In this document: positions 52,439 through 64,000 of the stretch, in pieces
Position numbering within the stretch: the stretch's first letter is position 1
Layout: each line of letters starts with the position of its first letter
Assembly: GCF_964355755.1 (NCBI RefSeq)
Contig: NC_092670.1
Span: forward strand, 12,200,795-12,264,794
DNA from: Antedon mediterranea
Taxonomy: Eukaryota > Animalia > Echinodermata
Length of the DNA stretch: 64,000 nt
Direction of reading: 5' to 3'
Program-made: the position numbers and the translations under genes
Notes under the pieces: model-generated
Seen by the model: the letters and a program-made list of their open reading frames with translations, nothing else
Databases searched by the model: none
What the model was told of the DNA's origin: nothing

Positions 52439-52564
52439 AGCTCTGTCTACACTATCAAACTAGTTTGACAAAAAAGTGTGATATGTCACAAATGTGGTAG
52501 GGATATGACATCATCATGTCCATGGGTACATTACATTTTGTTGTCTGATAGTGTAGACAGAGCT
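52439..52564. mobile_element. Harbinger-type MITE family C
   Basis: TIR AGCTCTGTCTACACTATCA ... TGATAGTGTAGACAGAGCT. Confidence 0.8.
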
Positions 52565-53501
52565 TCAATACATTTGTTAAACATTCATAGTTTTACGGAA
52601 ACTACAGAAACATTATTTTATAATTCAGCTGATACGATTTTCGGCACATACTGTGTAGAACTGTTGAGTTTCTCGATGTTTCGCTAATATCATTCACATT
52701 CGATTTCTCGGGGTTGAGAGTGAAGATAGTCAAGAAAATTAAATGGGGAATATATAGGCCTATAGGTGAGGTTGGGTGCACGTGAGGAAACACCCTTTCT
52801 AAAACATAGGCTCACATTGAGTTTTGGGAGTAATTTTTTTTTTTTATAGATTTTGATACCTTTTACACTGGATATATTATGTACTATGTAATAGTTTATT
52901 AATTAGGAAAATGTCTGCAATGCCAAGATTTTACTTGATAGCCATATGAAAGATGAAATTAAAAAAAAACGTGTAGCCACAGCATAAACAGATGCTAGTT
53001 TATCTTTTTGGAGAATCTAAAGATTTGTTGTTCCCAAAAACAAGAAAAAAACATTATAAAATTAGGATTTGAATAGGCTATCCAAAGACAAAAAAAACAA
53101 AAAAATAAATCATGTTTTCACTAATTAATACGGTAACAAATTAAACGTTTACATTCAACCGATAAACTAGCAGCCAATTTGACGATTGTTTTCTTGACAT
53201 AATTTTTTTTCGATTTAATTTTAGGTCAAAGTGAATAACTATTATGTAACACTAAAATTGCATATTCAACAAAAAAATCTAACAAATACATTTTTTCACA
53301 AGGAGGGGGGAGGGACACAAATTAAATTTCACACATGAGTGGGCAACAACAGCGCCATCTATGACTATTATTTCACAGTTGCTGTTATTTATGATCTTTT
53401 TCTTCATCTTCAACACATGTGAAAGAAGGAGTTTGTTGAGCATTATAAAATAGACTAAAACTATAAAATAAATAAGTTGATTGTTACTAATCTCAGGCAG
53501 T

Positions 53502-53560
53502 ATGGACCCTAAAAGTGCTGGATCATATTTACAGGCGCGATTTGTAACAAAAGATCTAAA
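53502..53560 (+). CDS. WDR12: WDR12 exon 1
   Basis: [19 protein letters not shown] |GTAAGT. Confidence 0.85.
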
Positions 53561-56500
53561 GTAAGTTAGTTTAACAGCACAGCTCAATTGACCATGAGAA
53601 ATAAGCCTCCCGATAGAAAAGCTACGTTACGTAGGCTCCAACTCTCTGTGTCGTGTCGTACCACAGTACACAAAGTGAAGTGTTTGTGATATTTGTACTA
53701 AGATTAAAAAAGTCTACATCTGTGACCTGTGTTTACTTGGGTCCTCCTTTTTTACTAGCATGATTGTATGATTCTAGACCTAGTGCTAAGTAATAAACTA
53801 ATCTTCGTTATATAATATATATATAAAGGTAAAGCAGTCTGTAAAGTCTAAACTTAGAGAGCTGTAAAATGAGTATGGTCTATCTATCCGCTGCTCTTAC
53901 TCAAAAAGTATAATTAAAGTAAATAATTACAATTTGGCCTGTGTTGCAAAAACTAACAAGACCTCAGAAGCAAATACCTAAGACTTGATCCAGAAAAATG
54001 AAAATCCTCAGAAACTGTTGCTAAACTGTAGTGTATGACTACAGTACACGCATAGCCATAGAGTTTGTTTGTTTTATCTTTATACTGGGTGACCTCTTCA
54101 GTCAAAGACTGATCTCCCAGAGGGCCCAGTTGGTGATCAGTGGCTGTGATGTACTAATACACCGGGGTAACCCCCTACTTGTCTCGAAAGATGTACTAGG
54201 TTCTTTAAAGTGCACACGAGCAAGTTGTGTACACTGGACCTACGGTTTATAGTCCTTATCCGAGAAGACTCGTTCTACCACCAGAACCATGGAGTGAGTG
54301 AGCCTCAAACCCCTGCCGATGTTATGGCTACGTGATTACGGTTCCACTGTCTTAACCGCTCGGCCACTCACTCACTATCAGCAACTTGGTTGTTGGGAAT
54401 CTTGGTGATATGGTGGGTAGGTGGACATTCGTATAAAATGTAACTGCTGTTGGTGATAAACTGCATGCATACAATATGATACATATACATGGAGAACATT
54501 ACTTTTTAATAGAGATGACGGTAGATAATACAAAAATGTTTATGCCTACAGTGTATATCTGTTCATAAATTGATTACAAATGTGGTGCAAAATTTTGTTT
54601 TGTCAGATTTTAAGTACAGACAGCCTGTTTGAGAATATATGTATAGTGTATACGTACTGTATACTGTTTGATATTGAAATAACTAACCTACCATGTACTA
54701 CTGTAGGTGTCAATCACTGTCGATTTGCTATCTTAAGCGACGTCAATCAACGTCATTGGAGCTAGATTTAGATCTCAAAACTCATGAGAAAATGTGTATA
54801 CAATAACATTATTAATATTTGGATATTCTTCATGGCTGTTAAATTGACATTCAATAATACAGTTTATGTATTATTATTATTATCCCAGAAGACTTGTTCT
54901 ACCACCAGAATAATAGCCAGGGAGGGCCTTGAACCTGTGCCAAATTTGGCTATGGTTTGCGGCAGGTGCCTTGGCCACTTGACAATTACAGTATACTAAT
55001 TTCATTCTAACTAAACACCATATTTTTCACAATCCATAGGTTTGCAGTCCCAGAATCGCCCTTTTCTGTGCCTGAAAATGTGGGACCTCAAGAATTGAGT
55101 GCACTTATTAATAAGTTACTGAATGAAGGTACAAATTTTTTTGTTTTGGTTTGTCAAGTTTTGAGTTTTTATTTTAAAGCTCATGTACAGGCATGACTTA
55201 AAATATGAAATATACTATCTGGTTAGATGTACTTAAAACAAATATGTGTAACAGAAATGATGACAAAAAAACATGAATTGGCATTAAAAACATGAAAATT
55301 GCCAAATACAAAATTTGGCAAAATTCTGCTATAACAGCCAAACAGAGTTTTTTAAGTAGTTAACCAATGCAATAACATATCAGGTGACTCCCTAGAAAAT
55401 GAAAAAAGTGCAAAAAAAAAGTCGGTGGATAATTTTTAGTGTAGCACAAAAAAAAAAAATCTGAAGTTGAATAAAAACATCAGAAACGTAAAATTGAAGT
55501 AATATTACCTATATTTAGTCATCTGATAATATTTTTTACCACCACACCGTTTATCTTTCCTAATTGTTTAAATCTGCCTCTCTATTTACAACATTTGTGT
55601 ACAAAAGAATAGGGTTTTACTGTGTAATTTAATTCCCACTGATGAACAAAATCCCAAAAATTATAAAACATAGGGGAAATTATAGATTGATAATTATTAT
55701 AATTAGAATGTATGATCAATAGAATCATAACAGATTAACAAATTAAATGTTACACTTTGCAGAGAAAGCAGAGGAAGATGTCCAACAGATCGACTTTGAC
55801 TTCCTCATCGATGGGGAACTCCTACGAGTCTCTGTTAGCAACCACATGGAAGAGAAGGGAATATCCTCTGAAACTGTCGTAGAGATTGAATATTTTGAGA
55901 AACATCCAGCTCCAACTCCAGAGGGCAGTCTGTTACATGACGATTGGGTTAGCTCTGTACAAGGCCTTAAAGACAGGTGGGGTTAAGTGGAGAGATTAGA
56001 TAAAAAGAATAAGGATATTATGGTTTATTTTTCCAAAATTACAACTAATTTAAACAGCGCAGCCTGATTATAAGCACATCAGATTTTTTTGATAATTTAC
56101 CAACTGTAAACAGACTTTTTGACAATGGTTTACGATTTCTAAACAAAAATACTTTAAAAAAAAACCATATTACAGTACAAAACCATCATACAGTAGCAGT
56201 TTCCCCTAATACTAAGTGTGTCTCCTTACTACGTGTGTCACCTGAATAGGGGTTGGCAATACTAATAGTGTAATATAGTTCCTCTCATTTTTTTCAAAGT
56301 GTCCCCTCGAGATAGGAATGTCCCCTGAAAAGGGGGTTTTCGCAGAAGAGGTATTCTACTGTATTTTTAAACAATTTATTGAAATATAACCAAATTCAGC
56401 GGTCATCTCAGTTAGAAAATATCGGTCCTTAGAATGCAAATTTGGCCATCTAATCGCCAAATTAATGTAGACCTGTTAGCGGACACTTTTTCTGGCCTGA

Positions 56501-59500
56501 TGACATCTTAAACTTTAGTTCAATAATAATTCTTTCAATGCATTTCAGAATTATAACTGGTTCTTACGACAACACGGTACGGATGTGGAACACACAAGGT
56601 GAAAACTTAATGACATTGAGTTACCATTCAGATCCTGTCAAATGTGTGTCGTGGATAAAGAAAGGTATGGCAAATAAAACGGTGACAACATTTTAATCAA
56701 TACAGAAACAAAACCATACAAATGAAGATATTTCTCACAAAAACATGCAATACCAAAACACAGCAAAACTTTTTCATCAGTCAATGAAGCTGAACCTGGG
56801 TGCACACAAAATGAATGACTAATGTGTGTGTGTAAAGCTCTGTCTACACTATAAACTAGTTTGAGAAAAAAAGTGTGATGTGCCCCAATATGGTAGTTAA
56901 TATGACATCATCGTGTCCATATATAGGTTTTATAGTGTGGACAGAGCTTAAACTCTCGAGTTTTTCTAGGTGATGTAAATGGGTAACTACTCTATTTGTA
57001 ATCATGCTAAACTGTCATTAATATGGAGTTATGCTTTAAATCAAATAATTACTAAACAAAACATACAATGTTTTCAGATGGTGAGACCAGTTTACTCGTC
57101 TCCGGATCACATGATCAGACTTTAGTGATATGGGAAGTGAATGAAGAGAAACAGACGTACCAGGCATTACATAGCTGTAGGGGGCATGCAAGGAGTGTGG
57201 ATACTGTAGCTGTTGATAAAAGTGGTACCAAGATATGTAGTGGGTCCTTTGACAGTATGATTAAAATCTGGTCAGCAGGTAATTTACCACTGTTACTTGG
57301 GAAAGTTTCATGATACACTGCTACATTTTGTCACTTGTGATACTGTAACACAGGAATTGTTTTAGTGATTAGGATAACAACTGTGATACTATAGATTTGG
57401 CTTGATGCATACATTTACATAACATTTGCTTGTACTAGAATCAGCTAGCTTATCAATTCCTACAGTATGCCCGTCTTCATTAATAAAAAACTGTAGAACT
57501 TTCCTTAAATTAATACCAAATCCTTTTTTTTTATTATCACGGTTTTCTACGACAGTAATATGCATTGTTTAACATATACCCCTTTCACACCAAAACAAAA
57601 CTCTGGAGTTGACGCCCCGGTGTTTTGGTGCGAAAGGTAACATCAAACAACTCTGGAGTTCAAAACAGCCGGGTTGAACAGCTGAACGTTCTCAGGACGG
57701 GCGAACTGCGGGGAAAGGTACCAAAATCAAACTCCGAGTTTTTAGGTCAAAAGGTCATCCTCACACGATCACTTATTGCTGCTTTAGTTTATTTCAAAAT
57801 ACATAGCTGGTCTAAAAAATAATAAGTAGTATCAATAAAACATTATATGACTGACTTCTGAGACTTTTGAAAATAATTATTAAATTAAAAATATTATCAA
57901 ACAAAATAGACTGCAACATTTACAATTTTATTTTATAAACCCTGGTGTTGCTAGATTGGTGTGAAAGGGGTATCTCCGGAGTTTCTCGACGTTTTGAATG
58001 GTCATAAACCCCGGGGTGTCTCCGGAGATCACTCTGGAGTTTTGGTGTGAAAGGGGTAATAGTGGAAATAGAAATTGGTGCTCACATGATTACAAAACCA
58101 TGCATGCTGCTACTGAAATTCAAATTGTAGTTGATGATGAAATAATAAACACATAAACACTTTAATTTTGATTAGTTCCTGGAACAACTGAAGACAAATC
58201 GGAACGAATAGAGGACCAACATAAAAAGAAAATCAGATCAGAAAAAAATCAACCACTCACAAGGGTAATTTTTAAAGAAAAACAAAATATAAAGTACTGT
58301 ACTGTATACATACATCAGCTTAGCCTGAAATTCTGTCGTCTTAACTTTTTGATGACGATAAAGTTGCCATTTTCCCGTTAATACGGAGAACTACTAGAAA
58401 TAATGTACATATAACCTTAAATATACAGTTCAAAATACACTTAAACGTGGAAATTTCAAATCTCTAAATAATATTTGAACTTTTAATTTAATTGTTTAAC
58501 GAAATAACATTTTTATTGGGTTAAAATGGCTGCGTTAAAAGCAATACATTCTGCGCGGCATTTGAATGCGAGGCTCCTGGTTAGGAAGGCTAGGCCTATT
58601 TTGTTCCACCAGAGCCAAGCGATTCAGAAGGGCCCCACGCCGCGAGACAGAGGGGAGGGAGAGAGATATAACTAATAAAACAGATATGTCGACTGTATAT
58701 GGATATACAGGATATTCGTCGTCCTCCCCTAACCGTCGTGTTTTGTAAAGTCCCTACTATTAATCATTTAGGACAAATTCAGAAGATGGCATCTCAAAAG
58801 CCTAGTATTATTTTGTTAATAGACTCCGCTCCTGACACTAGACGGACACAGGGAGGCAGTATCATCAGTTTTGTGGTACAAAAACAATGAAGTGTGCAGT
58901 GCATCATGGGATCACACAATACAATTATGGGATGTTGAATCTGGTGTGCAGAAATCAACACTGGTAAGGCTTATTTACTATTAATATTAGTAGAAATTTA
59001 TTTTTGCTTTAAGTATTTGAGTTGTATATGCAAAACTTGTATTTTTTTTTTTTTTTACTTTACAGACTGGTACTAAGGTATTTCTTTCAATTGCAAATTC
59101 TGAAAGCTGCGGTCTGTTAGCATCCGGAAATGCTGACCGGCATATCAGAATATGGGATCCACGAAGCAGCGAAGGCACTGTTGTCAAATCGTCTCTCTCG
59201 CATCACAACGGTTGGGTGACCACAGTGGATTGGTCACGTGTGAATCCAAACCAGTTAATCTCCGGTTCCTATGATCAAACTTTTAAATTGTGGGACATAA
59301 GAAGTCCGAAGGCTCCACTATACAATATGTCTGGATTAGGAGATAAAGTCTTAACTGTTAACTGGAACATTCCTGAGGTAAAGCTGACTTTTTAATAATA
59401 TTTTTAACTAATTAAAAAAGTAAAATACTTCTTCATTTATTTGACAAAAATGTTTCATATTGCGTTTATTTTAATATTGGTTGGTTCAAACACTTTTCAG

Positions 59501-59814
59501 TCATATAACACATACAGTATCACCAGCACACCCTATCAAGGAACACTTTTCTGTGAAACAAGTGAGGGGCAATATATATAAGCCCAACCTTTATTAAGGT
59601 GACACAAAACGAAACATTGATGTTCGATTCGCCGTGCCGGAACAGGTGTGAAAGACCCTTTAAGGGGACACTTTGCTGGGTTATTAAGGTGTCCAACTGC
59701 ATACATTTTGTTGAATTATAGAACTCTTCTTTTTTTATATTTCAGTTGCTACTCTTTGGAGGAGCCGACAACTGTCTACATGTTTTTCGCTCTGCTGAGA
59801 TCATTCCAAGGTGA
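53502..59814 (+). CDS. WDR12: Ribosome biogenesis protein WDR12 (Ytm1 orthologue; NLE/UBL domain + WD40), ~429 aa, 9 exons
   Basis: Exons 53502-53560, 55040-55128, 55763-55976, 56549-56664, 57078-57278, 58176-58264, 58823-58963, 59066-59377 and 59746-59814; all GT-AG, 1290 nt in frame. Motifs [75 protein letters not shown] lies just after the stop. Confidence 0.96.
54070..54372 (-). mobile_element. tRNA-derived SINE with Nin/Deu-domain-like core in WDR12 intron 1
   Basis: Minus strand A box TGGCCGAGCGGTTAAG, degenerate B box GGTTTGAGGCTC, core GGATAAGGACTATAAACCGTAGGTCC...TTAAAGAACC...AGTAGGGGGTTACCCCGGTGT. A further fragment lies at ~54880-54980. Confidence 0.8.
55040..55128 (+). CDS. WDR12: WDR12 exon 2
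   Basis: [29 protein letters not shown]. Confidence 0.92.
55763..55976 (+). CDS. WDR12: WDR12 exon 3
   Basis: [11 protein letters not shown]...[10 protein letters not shown]. Confidence 0.95.
56191..56361. mobile_element. Tc1/mariner (pogo-like) MITE, diverged
   Basis: TA|CAGTAG ... CTACTG|TA with internal GTGTCCCCT subrepeats. Confidence 0.55.
56549..56664 (+). CDS. WDR12: WDR12 exon 4
   Basis: [14 protein letters not shown]...VKCVSWIKK. Confidence 0.95.
56836..56948. mobile_element. Harbinger-type MITE family C
   Basis: TAA|AGCTCTGTCTACACTATAAA ... TTTATAGTGTGGACAGAGCT|TAA. Confidence 0.82.
57078..57278 (+). CDS. WDR12: WDR12 exon 5
   Basis: LVSGSHDQT...CRGHARSVD...[13 protein letters not shown]. 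Confidence 0.95.
57577..58058. mobile_element. Harbinger-type non-autonomous element, 482 bp, in WDR12 intron 5
   Basis: ATA|TACCCCTTTCACACCAAAAC ... GTTTTGGTGTGAAAGGGGTA|ATA: 20-bp perfect TIR and 3-bp TSD. Confidence 0.82.
58176..58264 (+). CDS. WDR12: WDR12 exon 6
   Basis: Acidic/basic loop ...[15 protein letters not shown]. Confidence 0.9.
58823..58963 (+). CDS. WDR12: WDR12 exon 7
   Basis: [18 protein letters not shown]...[16 protein letters not shown]. Confidence 0.95.
59066..59377 (+). CDS. WDR12: WDR12 exon 8
   Basis: [15 protein letters not shown]...[10 protein letters not shown]...[12 protein letters not shown]. Confidence 0.95.
59746..59814 (+). CDS. WDR12: WDR12 exon 9
   Basis: [22 protein letters not shown]. 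Confidence 0.9.
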   Translation: MLLFGGADNCLHVFRSAEIIPR

Positions 59815-60354
59815 ACATTTGACGTACACATAATAAAAATAAAATATTATTGTGTTACAGTAAATGAAAACTAAACGGTAGTAGACAACTTGAATGCTTA
59901 AGTAATGAATAGCAGAGCAAATAACTAAAAACTACGTGAGGAAATGAAACGTTTCCTTGGTGCTCCAACAGCTTCCCCGGTTGTGTTAGGGACCACGTCA
60001 AAATTATTCAGCAGTAACTACATTTTTTTTACATTTTAGTTTGTTTTTATGAGGTTAGTTACTGCAGTAAACAGTGTGTATGATTACACTTTAAAAAAAA
60101 TTTAAAGAGTAAATAATGTTGACACTTCCACTTCAACATTGTAGTGACTATAAGGTGCTTAATAGATCTTTGCCATGTGCTTGTATGGCAGTCAGAAGGT
60201 CTTTCCAGGTGTAAATCTTAATACTGCCAATAAAACGTATACTATGAATATTTTCATTTGTGTAAATACTGTATTCATTTTAAATCGATCAGCATTTTGG
60301 TCACAAGCTTTAATGGAGAGTTATCTTAGCGCTCTTTAATCTCTGTATACACAC

Positions 60355-60728
60355 AGTCAAAAATGTAATTCACCAAGCATTTTTCCCCTTCACATAATAC
60401 ACCTGGCATTATGCAAATTACTTATCTAAATATTCATTAAACAATGTCTGGTATGTTAATGGACAGTAGTTTAAAATGTCAGATCACAGAGCCGGAGTCG
60501 AAAATGTAATTCACTAAGTTTATTTCACATAATACACTGTCATTATTCAAATTACTTCTAAATATTCATGAACCATTTCTAATTAGGAAATTAGTTTTAG
60601 TATTTGAATAGTTACTGGCGCTAAAATTCCTAGTTTGCATACACATTTTTATATCACCAGAGTCGAAAATGTTGTATGTCCCGTTTACGTTGTACTACAT
60701 TCTGCAAATTTATCTAAATATTCATAAA
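60355..60728. repeat. Three diverged ~140-165 bp direct repeats just downstream of the METTL6 stop
   Basis: AGTCRAAAATGT...CAAATTA..TCTAAATATTCAT at ~60356, ~60496 and ~60661. Confidence 0.7.
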
Positions 60729-60745
60729 GATTACTTTACCATGTG

Positions 60746-61560
60746 TCATGATGCAGTGGATTCTGGTTTAAGAAACGTTGATTGCACAAAAACTCTTGGT
60801 ACACATAGCCCTTCTTTCTTGTTGACCGTTTCTCGGAGCACATACTCGTTCTTGGCAACGGTAAATCCGCTTTCTTCGCATAAATCTTTCACAAAATCTG
60901 AAGACAAAAAAATTTAAGTTTAGTTTATTTAGCACACATCCAACACCAAATACATAACTTGCACAAATGTTAACTACCTAGCTACAACTAACGGGGTTTG
61001 TATCCTATGCTGCCTGTCTAAAAGTATGTATTTTTAGGATGTGGAGTAGTTTTCAATTAAGCCTTGGAATTTGTAAGGTACAGTTTCACCAGCTATCTGT
61101 TACTTTTGTACACATATACTACTCAACTATGCCTTTTTGACTGAATTAGTATACTGAAGTAAAGGTTCTTTCACACTTGTTCCTGCCCCGACAAATCAAA
61201 TTGAATGTTTTGTTTTAATGCGGCTATGTGCATTTTAATTGCCGCATACTGTAGCTGTGTGAAGCATTGTTAAAACGAAACATTGCCGTTTGATTTGCCG
61301 GCGTCGGACACGTGCCGGAACAGGTGTAAAGGGTCTTTCAACTATTACTTATCAAGATGTAGGTTAGTGCAAACAGGAAAATGAAGTACACTGGATTCAA
61401 TGGTTCTGGCAACCATACCTGTCGTGAAGTAGAAAGCACGGGTACCATCTTGTCTAACATAGAAGTTCTCACTGATCTTGTGTCCTTTTGAAAACCTCAA
61501 CATTGCATGATCATACAGACCGTAATCACGAAACAGAAGTACACCACCTGGTTTTAGCAC
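60746..61560 (-). CDS. METTL6: tRNA N3-methylcytidine methyltransferase METTL6, 3' part (last two coding exons 61560-61419 and 60897-60746); 5' exons not found in the window
   Basis: [47 protein letters not shown] joined by a phase-1 GT-AG intron to DFVKDL...[34 protein letters not shown]. The DHAMLRF and [16 protein letters not shown] motifs are METTL6-type rather than METTL2/8. Confidence 0.93.
61163..61336. mobile_element. Harbinger-type palindromic MITE in the last METTL6 intron
   Basis: AGGTTCTTTCACACTTGTTCC ... GGAACAGGTGTAAAGGGTCT; related end fragment at ~59630-59660. Confidence 0.65.
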
Positions 61561-61849
61561 CTGTATGTTAATTGAAATATAGGGTTATACAGTACTGTAT
61601 ATCATCAAGGCCTATTTATAGTGATAACTGTAATATATTGAGAGAAACATTGCTATTATGTGCATGGATATACACATATAGAGTAGGGAATTATCTCAAG
61701 GTGTGCTGATCTGGCTGACATAGTGTCCGTAGAAGGGCCTGATTTTAATTTCCTCAGTTTCCAGTTAAGTCCGAGGATGACAAATACCTTTACGTATGTT
61801 GATATGACGATTTCCTTTGGTCATTTGACACTATCTTTAGTATTTCACA

Positions 61850-63791
61850 CAGCGGTGGCGCCAGGATCTTTCCGACGCGGGGACTAAATTCCCCCGACGG
61901 AGGGGCTATAGGAGCGAAGCCAGCCTCGCTAGGCTGGGGGACAGGGGGCCGCCAAGCGGTCCAGGGGCGACGCCCCCGAAAGCAACGCGTTATAGCGTAA
62001 TTTGAGGCCGTTTTAATTAGATTTAGGGTAGCCAAATTTTTCCATTTTGTATGGTATATAGATAAAATACTCTGCGAAAAACACATTGCACGAGATCCGA
62101 TGCGATGACTGTGTAAATCCACTCTTTCAATTTTAAAAATGAAGTTCAATATGCCTATCATAGAAAATATACGCGAACGTAAAACTTCCCACGGGCCAAG
62201 AGGTATATCGTTATAATCGCAGAGCCGTAGGCAGGTTGCTGTCTGGTGGGGGTGCGAAAATTGTAAATGCGCGAGACTAACACCCATGGGCTGATCTGTA
62301 AGAACATTTTGAAAAATAGATCTGCTAGGTCCCCGGAAATTATACATTGATATATGAAAAGAAATTACAAGTCTACCAGAGAACCAGCCCACCGAGGTTG
62401 AGATACAGCTAAGAACATTTAAACAAGTTTGTTATGTCCCGGAAATTGGAATATAGTATTTCGAAAAAAAAAGAAAAACTATATACATCTCCAGGACCAG
62501 CTACCATTAGGGTTGAGCTGCTAAGAAAATTGTGAAAAATAGAACTGCTAGGTACCTGGAAATTGCACTTATATAGGCCCATATTGATAAATGAAACGAA
62601 ATTATAAGTCTACAGGACCAGCCCGCCATAGATGGTTGGATGGAGCTAAGAAAATTTTGAAAAATAGAGCTGCTAGATCCCTGCAAAACATTGAAATATG
62701 GAATGAAATTATAGGTCTACAGGACCAGCCCACCAGGGTTGGGGTGGAGCTAAGAACATTTTGAAAAATAGAGTTGCTAGGTCCCGGAAATTTAACTTAT
62801 TATACTTCAAAGCATAAAACAAAATATATACCGGTACGTCTCCAGAACCAGCCCTACCATGGATATGGAAAAAAATGTGAAAAAAAGAGAGCTCTATGTT
62901 CCCAGACAATGCACTAACTGTATATTGTACATCGAAATATGAAACGAAATGTATAAGTATCCATGACCAGCTCTATAATTGGGGACCGTGACGGTTGAGC
63001 TAAGACAATTTTTGAAAACTAGAGCTGCAGGTCTTCAAAAACTACACTTATGACTTAAACAAATTCAGGCCTAAAGGCTTTAAAAAAGTTACCCTTTTTA
63101 CCTTTTATTTGGAGGGGAATGCGTCCGCAAGCGTAGACCATTTTCATTCGGGGAAAATCAGTTTATTTCCCAGATGTGGAATCTGGAATTTCGATGTATG
63201 ATGAGCAATTCATGACATACAGGACATTGGAATGTAATAACTTAGCTATAATAAGATGTTGGAAAAATGTTTGTTTAGTGATGTAGGCGAGCCTACAGTG
63301 AAACGTCTATTTTAGGGACCCCACGGTACAGGGTTAATCGTAAATAAAAAAAACAATAGATTGCGAACATAATTCGTAACCTTTTGCCGTTGTATAGCGT
63401 ACGTCGATACACAGTACACAACGTAACGCTTCAGTCAAGTTCGCCTGGAAACTACAGTACACATTCTGGTCCCCGGATGGAACATGATATCACGCGTAAA
63501 CCGCAATGGGCCGGGTTAAATGTTAAACGATTCGTACAAATGGACACCGCCAGACAAGTGCGTACCTATTGTTTATTAGATCGCCGGCAATAATGCATGC
63601 AAAAAAGTGAAATTAATAGCTCTTCGTCCGACGTACTAAAAAATGGAACGTCACGGTTTTCTAGGCGCTGAAGTTACGAAGTGAACGCAAATGATTTTTA
63701 CTGTATATTATATTCCCCGACGAAAAGTACTCGCGTTCCCCGACGGGGGGGCTAGGCTCCCCGACGAGGGGGCTACAGCCCCGTACAGCCC
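61850..63791 (+). mobile_element. Probable hAT-like non-autonomous element (~1.9 kb); right terminus not seen
   Basis: Starts CAGCGGTGGCGCCAGG. A GC-rich subterminal motif CGAC..GGGG.CTA...CCCCGACG.GGGGCTA is present near both ends (61873-61910 and 63741-63780). Confidence 0.55.
62301..63040. repeat. Degenerate tandem repeat, ~7 x 105-130 bp, inside the hAT-like element
   Basis: GCTAAGAAMATTTTGAAAAATAGAGCTGCTAGGTCCCGGAAATT...AGGACCAGCCC recurs at ~62301, 62412, 62524, 62649, 62753, 62870 and 63003. Confidence 0.8.
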
Positions 63792-64000
63792 ATGACATAC
63801 AAAGCTTCTCCCATCTTTCTTCTATTATACGTATTAAGCTTAGGGTTAGCTGTCAGCACAAAAGCGAGAAATTGGAGGACATGAAAAAAGTATACCGTAA
63901 ATCTTCTAATTGTAACCCTGGGTTATTGTTTTTTAAGGTGGGTTACTATTAGAGTAGTGGGTTATTATTATAGATTGACTTATAAGGTGGGTTACTATTA

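Noticed and set aside
54290-54372. tRNA gene (also at ~18110-18176 and ~260-326)
   Set aside because: A/B boxes are present but there is no full cloverleaf, and each continues into a SINE-like body.
58321-58804. TAG..CTA transposon in WDR12 intron 6
   Set aside because: The ends are only weakly complementary and no TSD is visible.
61790-62392. 200-aa minus-strand ORF as a METTL6 exon or transposase
   Set aside because: No methyltransferase or DDE motifs; it is antisense read-through of the GC-rich end of a repeat element.
63790-63870. Upstream METTL6 exon (minus frame LAFVLTANPK resembles FVLSA)
   Set aside because: Similarity stops after five residues and the rest does not resemble the expected HPDKM...IYK segment.

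Overview
This is AT-rich eukaryotic (metazoan, probably marine invertebrate; taxon is inference) genomic DNA with GT-AG introns. I saw no prokaryotic operons, CRISPR arrays, rRNA genes or true tRNA genes. Three spliced protein-coding genes could be reconstructed by hand, all in the last 21 kb. (1) A 5-exon minus-strand gene for a small secreted signal peptide-TSP1-VWA protein (~253 aa, 43871-49731). (2) A complete 9-exon WDR12/Ytm1 ribosome-biogenesis gene on the plus strand (53502-59814, ~429 aa). (3) The last two coding exons of a convergent METTL6-like tRNA m3C methyltransferase on the minus strand (60746-61560). The first ~43 kb has no recognisable coding exon. It is dominated by non-autonomous DNA transposons: PIF/Harbinger-type palindromic MITEs, Kolobok-type TTAA elements including a 2.46-kb copy, TAG..CTA elements with 9-bp TSDs and pogo-like MITEs. 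It also holds tRNA-derived SINEs, LINE tails and minisatellites. The most interesting signals are the uncharacterised TSP1-VWA secreted protein, MITE chains joined by exact 3-bp spacers with arm-to-arm conversion, a Kolobok element with inward-facing promoter/exon-like signals at both ends, and TAGGCCTA motifs that behave like excision footprints. Coordinates were counted by eye and may be off by a few bases. Most listed ORFs are spurious.
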